A stretch of 32,000 bases of DNA from Nitrosospira multiformis ATCC 25196 (GCF_000196355.1 NC_007614.1:2220001-2252000), one strand, 5' to 3'. Positions 1 to 7,665 are shown, counted from the stretch's first letter. A program made the numbers and translations. Notes: generated by a model not told the origin, from the letters alone.

Positions 1-542
1 ACTCCCCCCTGCATATTGAAAAGACAACAGTAGAACCGGACGTCATCTTACTTAAAGCACGCCATATCGCTATTGGACTTCAGTACATCCTGGACTCTGG
101 TACAAGGGAAACAAGACGCGGGTTCTCGGCTTTATCAAGCAGGGCCGAAAGTGATCAAGGTGCCGAGGGTATGCGATCAGTTCTCAGGAAAGGATGGTGG
201 GATAAAGGCCAACACGTACCTCGGACTTGCTGCTTCCATTCGAGTACTTTGTTTTTCCTTGCAAAACAGTCTCATTCATCGACCTCCGGCTTTCAGTGGG
301 AGGGCATGCCGCATCCTATGCAAGCGGTCCTGTGGTTCTGGCAACAGGAGTGCCCTCAGCTGCAGAGTCTCTGGAGTACGGGAAAGGGGATATTACAACG
401 CACTGCTCCCGAAACCGACTCACTGTTGGATGCGGCTACAGAGGGTGCGGAACCGATTCATGCAGAATTCCTGCACTTCGCACCCTGAAAAGAAAATCGC
501 CTAGCGCAATAGCACATAGGCGACTGACTATACTACTTGAAC

Positions 543-592
543 TGGCGCGTCCGGCAGGATTGGAACCCACGGCTCCAGTTCGTAGCCGATTT
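543..592 (-). pseudogene. tRNA-Arg(ACG)-like 3' half (anticodon arm to CCA) with no matching 5' half
   Basis: The minus strand reads tcggCTACGAActgga-gccGTGGGTTCCAATCCTGC-cggacgc-g-CCA. The anticodon loop is CU-ACG-AA. The T-arm is GTGGG/TTCCAAT/CCTGC, with two G.U pairs and a C where a purine is usual. The acceptor 3' strand and an encoded CCA end at 543-545. The anticodon arm matches the E. coli tRNA-Arg(ACG) arm as I remember it. The complementary 5' acceptor strand (gcgtccg) is absent in 593-640. Confidence 0.45.
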
Positions 593-716
593 GCTGAACC
601 GGTATTTTTTGTTTCCATACGTTAAGTATTTAACGGTAAAACCTCTCTTGTATTGTTATTCTACCTACTCGTTTCTCTCCTCCAAACAGGGAAGCGATTG
701 CGGTAAACTCACCCCT

Positions 717-742
717 GGCCCGGCGTTCGTCCGGGCCTTTTT
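717..742 (+). terminator. Rho-independent terminator
   Basis: ggcccgg (717-723) and ccgggcc (731-737) form a 7-bp GC stem around loop cgttcgt, followed by TTTTT (738-742). Confidence 0.6.
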
Positions 743-1188
743 ATTGAACCCATCCAGCCTTGAATTACTGGTCTTCTTTTCCTGTCTTTGAATTGCAGAC
801 GAGCAACGGTTTAAATCGCCGTGATTCGGGTGACGGCGCGGATGACGCTGCTGCTTCCCTCTGGCAGGTTAGAGAGATATGCATTACTGCGTCCAATCCA
901 GCTTTAGCCAGGAAAGAAGAACGCCATTTCCCCCGTCCTCATAACAGCAATGGGATTACCCCTATATTCTCCCTTTCTATTTCACATAAGTGAAATATGA
1001 TTGACTTCAATGTGGGATTCACCCCGACTTACTGTCGGGCCCACATTCTTGCTTACGCTGCAATCAATTCTCCTCACTGAGACTGCCCTATACCGAGGCT
1101 TGCTGATCCGGTTTGTGTCATATCAGAGCTGGACACGGTAAGTTCGCATCGTCCCGAATTTTAGGGGTAGGATAAACAAAGACGAATC

Positions 1189-1701
1189 ATGGAAAATGAT
1201 GCAAATTTAAAGAAGAAAATCAGCTTCGAGAAGGAACAAGATTCGAACGTTTCAAATCTGTCAGATGAAGAGTTTCATCAGTCCTGCCAGATACTCACCA
1301 AGGTTCTTGCCACACTGCCCCCCAAGAGACAAAGGGAACTTTTTGGGTTGCTACAAATTCTCGCGGAAGATGGCACTTCCCAAAAACAGCAATCCTCGGT
1401 TAGGCCGCTAGCTGAAAAAATAGTGGCCACGGTATGTAGAGACGATCATTCATCGCGGCCTCTTCCATACCATCCGGAACGCAGAATCTCCGATAGGCGA
1501 CGTAGCGATCGACGTCAAAGTGATCAGGGAAAACGGTTATGCAACGCTGGAACTCCATGGACGTCAGAGGACATCCAGATACTGGAGATCATGGCAAAAC
1601 AAGGGATTCCGCATAGACGGATCGCATTGAAGCTCGGCAGGACTTCCACGGCAGTCGAAGCAAAAGCCAGGACACTGAACGTCCCCTTGTCCGATGAGTA
1701 G
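1189..1701 (+). CDS. Hypothetical protein with C-terminal GcrA/Myb-like helix-turn-helix and a short SDRR repeat
   Basis: This 170-aa ORF is the only long ORF in the first 2.7 kb. The C-terminus WTSEDIQILEIMAKQGIPHRRIALKLGRTSTAVEAKARTLNV resembles the GcrA/SANT-Myb type HTH (W-T-x-E...L...G.S...IA..LG.t.nAV..K). The middle carries RRISDRRRSDRRQSD. Codons look A/T-richer than in neighbouring genes. The RBS is weak. Confidence 0.5.
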   Translation: MENDANLKKKISFEKEQDSNVSNLSDEEFHQSCQILTKVLATLPPKRQRELFGLLQILAEDGTSQKQQSSVRPLAEKIVATVCRDDHSSRPLPYHPERRISDRRRSDRRQSDQGKRLCNAGTPWTSEDIQILEIMAKQGIPHRRIALKLGRTSTAVEAKARTLNVPLSDE

Positions 1702-1910
1702 TTTTTTTATTGTACTGTACTGGCTGTTTCTCTACCCTTTCACTCCCTGGTTGTCGCCCAAAACGGCTAATAACCATCTGGGGGTTTCCGCACCCGAACT
1801 TGCGAATGCCTCATAACTGATTTACATCAATTTGAGGGGCCGGGAATCCTGTATCTTATTATCTGGCAACCCGTTCTGGTGGTTTTTTGTTGCCCTCCAC
1901 TCTTCCGACA

Positions 1911-1936
1911 ATAAGCACCAAAAATAAGCACCAAAA
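1911..1936. repeat. Perfect tandem duplication of a 13-nt unit (ataagcaccaaaa x2)
   Basis: Read directly: 1911-1923 is identical to 1924-1936. Confidence 0.9.
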
Positions 1937-2074
1937 ATCCGGTTCTAATCGGCCGATGGAAGCTTTACTGCTGAGCTATGATAGCCATGCGGTTAGTAGC
2001 TACCATCACTGCCGCTTCCGGGCTCTTTCTCCTTCTTTTGAGACCTGGGTTTATGATGTAGTGGACTCTCCTTT

Positions 2075-2101
2075 GCCCGGCTCACCGCCGGGCCTTTTCT
2101 T
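2075..2101 (+). terminator. Rho-independent terminator similar in sequence to the one at 717-742
   Basis: gcccggc (2075-2081) and gccgggc (2087-2093) form a stem around loop tcacc, followed by cTTTTcTT. It shares gcccggc...ccgggcctttt with the 717-742 hairpin. Confidence 0.55.
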
Positions 2102-2656
2102 CCTTATTGCCTTGGCGCAGACCTGCAGCCGACTGACTCGTGTTTGTACCAACTCCCTGCTTCCTGATTTCTGCCGCCATGCCACTAGAGAAAAGGAGGA
2201 ATTAAAGGATTAAGGGATTCACCTTCTCAGATAATTATAAACAAGTTGCTTAAGGCAATAACTACGCTACCAATCCGATCTAATCCCTGTTCCCTTTTCT
2301 CCTTTTCTTTTCAACTGCTTTTTGAGCATCGCTTCTTCCTGTTTACGCTACGCCCCCTCATCGTCACTAATCTGTTCTTTCTCCTCCCGCATCGCCTGAA
2401 CGCCTAACGCCTACTCCCTGCACTCGTCCCGTCTGGGCCGGCTGGGATTGGCTTTAAGGGCATAGTCGTAAAGATCGCTTTCAGCGAGGCCTGGAAGCCG
2501 TAGCCAACCAGTTCGTCTTCCTTTTAGGATCGGCGCCGGCACTATTTGTGCTGCAAGGTTGCCCACAAGTTTCTCAGCTTTTCCTTCCATTTGGGGACTT
2601 CTTCCTCTCCCAGAATCAGCTAAATCCTATCTTTGGAAAATTCATATCCATTCCTC

Positions 2657-2711
2657 TTGTAATGTCTTTATTGAGGGCATAGAATAAAATCAGACTGATC
2701 GGTCTGTTTTT
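2657..2711 (+). promoter_or_regulatory. Sigma70-like promoter followed by a hairpin/palindrome at the predicted start site (candidate TetR operator or attenuator)
   Basis: TTGTAA (2657-2662), a 17-nt spacer, then TAGAAT (2680-2685). Next comes cagac-tgatcg-gtctg (2691-2706) plus T5 (2707-2711). The element lies about 30 nt upstream of the SD of the small ORF that precedes tetR. Confidence 0.35.
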
Positions 2712-2737
2712 GATGGCACTCTGGATGGAGGTGAATA

Positions 2738-2905
2738 ATGAGAGTGAAATGCGTGAATGGAATTGATGTCGACCGGTTGCGGGCAACACGGGAAATTCGC
2801 CTGGATGCTGGCAGGATCGCGAGAAAAATCAGGAAACAATTAGCAGAGGGGAGCGTCCCGGGCCGAGCAAAACCCCATCAATCCATGCAGATCCTGGAGG
2901 AATAG
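2738..2905 (+). CDS. 55-codon ORF whose N-terminus resembles the start of OsmC-family proteins; possibly a truncated remnant
   Basis: A strong SD (GGAGGTG) lies 5 nt upstream of the ATG at 2738. MRVKCVNGIDVDRLRATREI resembles the 'NG(V/I)D(V/L)..L..T' N-terminal pattern of OsmC-like proteins as I remember it. The rest is basic and unlike OsmC. The ORF ends 5 nt before the tetR ATG. It is below the 60-aa cutoff of the ORF track. Confidence 0.3.
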   Translation: MRVKCVNGIDVDRLRATREIRLDAGRIARKIRKQLAEGSVPGRAKPHQSMQILEE

Positions 2906-2909
2906 GCCG

Positions 2910-3542
2910 ATGAAGGAAGCTCGCAAATCGATCGAGGAAAAACTGCTTTTGGCCGCGCGCCGCCTGTTCTGCCGTGCCGGGATCCATGCGACAGGCGTTA
3001 CGCGGATTCTCGAGGAAGCGGGTGTGGCACGCGCCAGCCTCTATACCCACTACGGCTCAAAGGAAAATCTGCTCAAGGCGGTGTTCGATACGGAAGCGAA
3101 CATGTGGTTTCACTGGTTCGACCTGGACCTGCCACATCTCAAGTGTTCCCCCCGGGAGCGCATCCTGGCCCTGTTCGATCTGCTGGAGAAATGGTTCGCA
3201 AAAGAAGACTTCTTTGGCTGCGTATTCATCAATGCCGTAGCGGAACACGAAAAGGATAGCCGCTGGGTAAAGGATATAGCCAGTGCGTACCGGGATCAAA
3301 TAATTGACCGGCTGAGGTCACTGGTTGTGGAAAGCGGAGCCAAGGATCCCGATATGCTCACTCAGAAACTGGGCCTGATCATCGAAGGTGCGATCGTAAC
3401 CGCTATGGTCACTCAAAATAGCCAGCCCGCCTATATCGCACGGCTTGCCGCTGAGGACATTCTACGCTGTATGGAGTATACCCTCTCTCCAGCGGAGAAT
3501 TCTGCATCATCCGCTGCGCCTGCCTCCATGGAACCGGTTTAG
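2910..3542 (+). CDS. TetR/AcrR family transcriptional regulator
   Basis: 210 aa. The N-terminal HTH GIHATGVTRILEEAGVARASLYTHYGSKENLLKAVF is typical of the TetR_N domain. An SD (ggagga) precedes the ATG. Confidence 0.9.
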   Translation: MKEARKSIEEKLLLAARRLFCRAGIHATGVTRILEEAGVARASLYTHYGSKENLLKAVFDTEANMWFHWFDLDLPHLKCSPRERILALFDLLEKWFAKEDFFGCVFINAVAEHEKDSRWVKDIASAYRDQIIDRLRSLVVESGAKDPDMLTQKLGLIIEGAIVTAMVTQNSQPAYIARLAAEDILRCMEYTLSPAENSASSAAPASMEPV

Positions 3543-3562
3543 TCGAATTACGGGAGAAGTCA

Positions 3563-4201
3563 ATGGATAGCATTTGGGCAAATTTATCGACAGGGATGCG
3601 GCGTTTTCTGGCTCTGATCGGATCTCTCGCGGTTATCGTGGCAGTCGGTTTGCAGTTTCACGTGAGCTCTCAGGGGGATCAGTCAAACACCTATCCGAAG
3701 GGTTTTCGCGGAGGCACATGCACCATAGAGTCCGACTCCCTGGTCATCGGCTATTCGGGTTATTTCATCCCAGGAGACTATGAAATCCCTGAAGACGCAA
3801 CAGGCGCGATGTCTGTCCCTGTCCTGTGCGGAAAAATACCCAGCCCCGGAGTTCTGGATGTCACGATTGATCTTCTTTATCCGGAATCGGCGCGCGAATG
3901 GCTGCTGACCATGGCGCTTACAAAAATGGAAGGCGGCATGCCATCGAACACACTGCTGGCGATTCCTTCGAGAACGTACGAGTCCGGCACCATTACCCAG
4001 GTATTGCGTATCGCCGAATTGGGGGAATACAGGCTTTATCTATCCGGCAAGGATCGGAATCAGACTGATTTCACGCTGGAAATCCCCATCACCGTGGGAA
4101 CGCCATGGTACGAGGGTGTTGCTCAATTCTGGCCCATGTTCGTTCTGATGGTGGCGGCAATTCTTTATCAGGCTTTCAGAAAACTCCGACTACTTAAATA
4201 A
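3563..4201 (+). CDS. Hypothetical protein with N- and C-terminal transmembrane segments and a roughly 150-aa exported middle domain
   Basis: 212 aa. Hydrophobic segments are FLALIGSLAVIVAVGL near the N-terminus and FWPMFVLMVAAILYQAF at the C-terminus. An SD (gggaga) precedes 3563, 20 nt after the tetR stop. I recognise no family. Confidence 0.55.
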   Translation: MDSIWANLSTGMRRFLALIGSLAVIVAVGLQFHVSSQGDQSNTYPKGFRGGTCTIESDSLVIGYSGYFIPGDYEIPEDATGAMSVPVLCGKIPSPGVLDVTIDLLYPESAREWLLTMALTKMEGGMPSNTLLAIPSRTYESGTITQVLRIAELGEYRLYLSGKDRNQTDFTLEIPITVGTPWYEGVAQFWPMFVLMVAAILYQAFRKLRLLK

Positions 4202-4223
4202 ATACAACCGGAGGATTCCCGGA

Positions 4224-5019
4224 ATGGCAGGTTATGTTGGCGATGTCGCCATTGCGTATGATCGCGATCTCGGGCCCGTGCTTTTCGAGCACTATGCTAT
4301 TGACATCGCAAGGCGCGCAACCGAAGGATCAGTCCGCCACATGCTTGAAATCGCGGCAGGGACGGGAATAGTCACCCGGCCAATTGCGTAACGTACTCCC
4401 CAAGGATGCGCTGCTTACGGCAGTCGACATCAGCGATTCCATGATGGACGTCGCGCGCGCAAAGTTTCTTCCCCACGAGCAGGTCACGTTCCAGGTTGCG
4501 GATGCTACGACATTGCCTTTCGAAAATGAGGCGTTCGATGCGGTGGTCTGCCAGTTCGGTGTGATGTTCTTCGATAAAGATACGGCATTTCGCGAGGCAT
4601 ACCGGACATTGGGGCGTGGAGGGCGCTACTTGTTCAGCGTCTGGGATTCGCGGCGCTATAATCCCTTTGCCAGTCTGGCTTTCGAAGTGCTGAAGCAGTT
4701 CTTTCCACTAAACCCGCCCAGATTCCTTGAGGCTCCCGTTTCCTCATTCGAGATCGATCCCATCAAGGAGGCGCTTATCCAATCAGGTTTCGAGCGGATT
4801 GTCATCTCGGTTCAGGGACGGGAACACGATATTCTGGATGTGCGGACCTTCGCGCGAGGGTTGGTGTTCAGTCCCGTCATCGAGGAAATCAGAGAGCGGG
4901 GCGGAGTGGAGCCGGAGGATATAATCGCGGCATTGGCGGAAGCACTGAAAAGAGAGTATGGCTCACGCCCTACGCGTTATCCAATGCAGGCCATACTGTT
5001 CGAGGCGGAAAAGCCTTGA
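4224..5019 (+). pseudogene. Class I SAM-dependent methyltransferase interrupted by a +1 frameshift near 4377-4381
   Basis: The frame from ATG 4224 (SD ggagga upstream) gives MAGYVGDVAIAYDRDLGPVLFEHYAIDIARRATEGSVRHMLEIAAGTGIVTRPIA*, with SAM motif I LEIAAGTG, and stops at 4389-4391. The protein continues in the next frame as (Q)LRNVLPKDALLTAVDISDSMMDVARAKF... to 5019. Removing one C from 'acccggcc' restores ...GIVTRQLRNVLPKD..., a normal single-domain enzyme. Confidence 0.75.
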
Positions 5020-5074
5020 GCTGCAATTCCGGTCACACTTCGCCAGGTTCGTCAGGTTCAGGAATTCATTCTCG

Positions 5075-7261
5075 TTATTTCACCTTCATTCCGGGGCGCG
5101 CACCTTCATCGGGAGAAAGCAGATAAGGGCCTTCACCGTCTCCCGCAGCCAGTACCATTCCTTCGGATATACCGAATTTCATCTTGCGCGGTGCGAGGTT
5201 GGCAACCATGACCGTGAGGCGTCCCTTGAGCTGTCCGGGATCATAAGCTGATTTTATGCCTGCAAATACTGTTCGCTGTTCCGAAGCGACATCCAGGGTT
5301 AGCTTGAGCAGCTTGTCGGCGCCCGGCACGTGCTCCGCATCGAGGATTTTCGCGACCCTGAGATCAATCTTGCCGAAATCCTCGATGGAGATGGTCGACG
5401 CGCTGGCTTGGCCTGCTTCTCCTTCTTTTGCCGGGGCGGGTGTGGTGGAAGAGTTTTTTTCCATGGTTTCTACAGCTTGTGCAACCTGCTGTGACTTTGC
5501 GGGTGCCAGGCTTTCCTTGTTTGCATGGGTAAGCATTTCGATCTGCTTCGGATCGATCCGGGTCATCAAGTGCTGGTAATCATTGATCCGATGTCCGTCC
5601 GGCAATAACCTGTGCTGCGAGTTTGCATCCTTCCATGTAAGAGGATCTAGTCCCAGGAACTGCTCCGCTTCCATTGCAAGCTTCGGCAGCACAGGTTTCA
5701 GATACACCGTCAGCATCCGGAACATATTCAACGCGACGCTGCATACTTCATGCAATTCCCTGTCGTTCCTGCTGTCTTTCGCCAGTACCCAGGGTTTCAT
5801 CCGATCCACATATTGGTTGGCCACATCGGCCGCCGACATGATTTCCTTGATCGCTTTACTGTACTCCCTGCGTTCATAGAAATTTGCGATGGACATATGA
5901 CGGCCGAGAAAAGTATCTCCCTCTCCCAGTTCGCAAAAAAGAAACTGATTGAACCATTTCCGGCTCGCTTCCGAAACATTGTGTGTAAGCTCGCCCCCGA
6001 ATTTTTTGGTGATGAACCCTGCGCATCTGCTGGCGATATTGACATATTTCCCTACCAGATCGCTGTTCACGCGCGCGACAAAATCCTCGAAGCTGAGATC
6101 GATATCCTCCATGCTGTCGTTGAGTTTGGCAGCGTAGTAATAACGCAACCATTCCGGATTCAGTCCTTGCTTCAGATAGCTCTCAGCAGTGATGAAAGTC
6201 CCCCTGGATTTGGACATTTTCTGGCCGTTGACGGTTAGAAACCCGTGAGCATAAATCTGAGTAGGGGTGCGATATCCCGAGAATTCCAGCATCGCCGGCC
6301 AGAACAGGGCGTGAAAGTAGAGAATATCCTTCCCTATGAAATGCACCATTTCCGTATTGCCACCAGGACGGAGGAATTCATCGATCTCGGCCTGGGTTCG
6401 CTGGTTCTGCTTGAAGTAATTCTTGAAACTGCCGAAATAACCGACCGGCGCATCCAGCCAGACATAGAAAAATTTCTTTCCGCCGGTACGTGGAATAGGG
6501 AAGCCGAAATAGGGCGCATCCCGCGAGATATCCCAGTCCACGAGACCCGCTGAAAGCCACTCGTTCATTTTATTGGCAGCTTCAGGTTGAAGTCGCGGTC
6601 TCGTTTCCAAGGCGACGCCGGGCTGAGCCGGGATGGATTCAAAAATCCAGTTTTTGAGGAAAGCCTCGCAACGCACATCCGAAAGTTTGAAGAAATAGTG
6701 ATTCGAAGTGCGGCGCTCCGGTCGGGCGCCGGAGACGGCAGAGTAGGGACTGATCAGGTCGGTTGGCAGATAGGTGGCTCCGCAAGCCTCACAGGAATCT
6801 CCATACTGGTCTCCGGCATGACATCTGGGGCATTCGCCCTTGATGTACCGATCCGGCAGAAACATCTGCTTGACCGGATCATAAAACTGTTCCACCGAAC
6901 GTTTGGCAATCAGCTCCCCTGCCCTGAGCTGACGGTAGATATCTTCGCAAAACGCCTGATTCTCGGGCGAATCGGTAGTGTAATAGTGATCGAAGCCAAT
7001 ATGGAAACCATCGAAATCCGTCTTATGCTCATGCCATACGCGGTCTATCAGCTGTCGCGGAGTGATGCCTTCCTGTTCTGCGCGAAGCATGATCGGCGTG
7101 CCATGTGCGTCGTCGGCGCAAACATAATGGACCTCGTGCTCTTGCATTTTCTGGAAACGAACCCAGATGTCAGTCTGGATGTACTCCACCAGATGGCCGA
7201 GATGGATGCTGCCGTTGGCATAAGGGAGGGCCGAGGTGACGAGGATTTTTCGTTTGTTCAT
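5075..7261 (-). CDS. metG: Methionine--tRNA ligase
   Basis: [23 protein letters not shown] carries the HIGH motif, and KMSKS is present. A zinc knuckle CPRC...CEAC is present. The C-terminal tRNA-binding domain reads DLRVAKI...KLLKL. I chose the start at the second Met (7261), not ORF-track 7312. Confidence 0.95.
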   Translation of the reverse strand: MNKRKILVTSALPYANGSIHLGHLVEYIQTDIWVRFQKMQEHEVHYVCADDAHGTPIMLRAEQEGITPRQLIDRVWHEHKTDFDGFHIGFDHYYTTDSPENQAFCEDIYRQLRAGELIAKRSVEQFYDPVKQMFLPDRYIKGECPRCHAGDQYGDSCEACGATYLPTDLISPYSAVSGARPERRTSNHYFFKLSDVRCEAFLKNWIFESIPAQPGVALETRPRLQPEAANKMNEWLSAGLVDWDISRDAPYFGFPIPRTGGKKFFYVWLDAPVGYFGSFKNYFKQNQRTQAEIDEFLRPGGNTEMVHFIGKDILYFHALFWPAMLEFSGYRTPTQIYAHGFLTVNGQKMSKSRGTFITAESYLKQGLNPEWLRYYYAAKLNDSMEDIDLSFEDFVARVNSDLVGKYVNIASRCAGFITKKFGGELTHNVSEASRKWFNQFLFCELGEGDTFLGRHMSIANFYERREYSKAIKEIMSAADVANQYVDRMKPWVLAKDSRNDRELHEVCSVALNMFRMLTVYLKPVLPKLAMEAEQFLGLDPLTWKDANSQHRLLPDGHRINDYQHLMTRIDPKQIEMLTHANKESLAPAKSQQVAQAVETMEKNSSTTPAPAKEGEAGQASASTISIEDFGKIDLRVAKILDAEHVPGADKLLKLTLDVASEQRTVFAGIKSAYDPGQLKGRLTVMVANLAPRKMKFGISEGMVLAAGDGEGPYLLSPDEGARPGMKVK

Positions 7262-7665
7262 CAAGCGATTGAGAAAGGGGTTCGGAATGACGCAAAACGA
7301 TGATTGTAACAAACTGTGGGGCTTGCGGTCTTTGGGGCTGACGAAAAGGATTTCCAGACCCCGGATTTCCAGCCCTCTGACTCATTTCTGTTTACCTTCC
7401 TGCGGTCTTTGACGGATTTATCCTGATGGCGTTCGTGTCTTCGACAAATCTGACCCCGAGCACGAGTCGAGGCTCGATCTCTCGATGATCGAGACTCAGG
7501 GCGAACAGGGATGAAGGGCTCCTGGCGCATAGGGGAGGAAAGCGTGAAGTCGAGAGGGAGAAGGTTTAGGGAGGACGGGGCAAAAGGTCGTCTGACGGTA
7601 TGGGCAGCAATACCCGCTACTCGCAGCGGTATCCACCCAGCATAACGCCAGAAATCCATTCCGCC

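Noticed and set aside
150-330. A possible decayed P4-type integrase N-terminus on the minus strand (…NGSSKSEVRVGLYPTILS*…) lies downstream of the tRNA-Arg-like fragment.
   Set aside because: Only the short G-x-Y-P-x-(I/V)-(S/L) motif resembles integrases. The spacing to other conserved N-terminal elements is wrong, and nothing integrase-like follows in any frame.
543-1000. I considered a tmRNA, or a tRNA interrupted by a group I intron, to explain the tRNA-like 3' end.
   Set aside because: There is no GGGG...5' acceptor partner and no G3:U70-type alanine acceptor. No tag-peptide reading frame is present. The anticodon stem-loop is continuous, so there is no intron insertion point. The complementary 5' acceptor strand is not found within 1 kb.
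1887-2213. A 108-aa + strand ORF is listed in the ORF track.
   Set aside because: It runs through a 13-nt tandem duplication and an intrinsic terminator hairpin. It has no RBS or motif and is probably noncoding.
2679-2691. The 13-mer gcatagaataaaa is shared with 14658-14670.
   Set aside because: A handful of 13-mer coincidences are expected in 32 kb. Both copies are simply AT-rich -10-like promoter sequence.
5256-7303. Several long + strand ORFs (for example 6587-7303 at 238 aa and 5750-6238 at 162 aa) lie antisense to metG.
   Set aside because: They lie entirely inside a well-supported gene on the other strand. They have no recognisable motifs and an odd composition. These are typical shadow ORFs.
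7480-7494. The 15-nt palindrome tctcgat-g-atcgaga lies in the adh/metG intergenic region.
   Set aside because: It is short, with no second copy or obvious partner gene. It is within what chance produces in 400 bp of noncoding DNA.
7261-7659. A 132-aa minus-strand ORF fills the gap between the adh stop and the metG start.
   Set aside because: It is Arg/Ser/Pro-rich with no motif or RBS, and it would run into the metG start. This is more likely the metG promoter/leader and island-border DNA.
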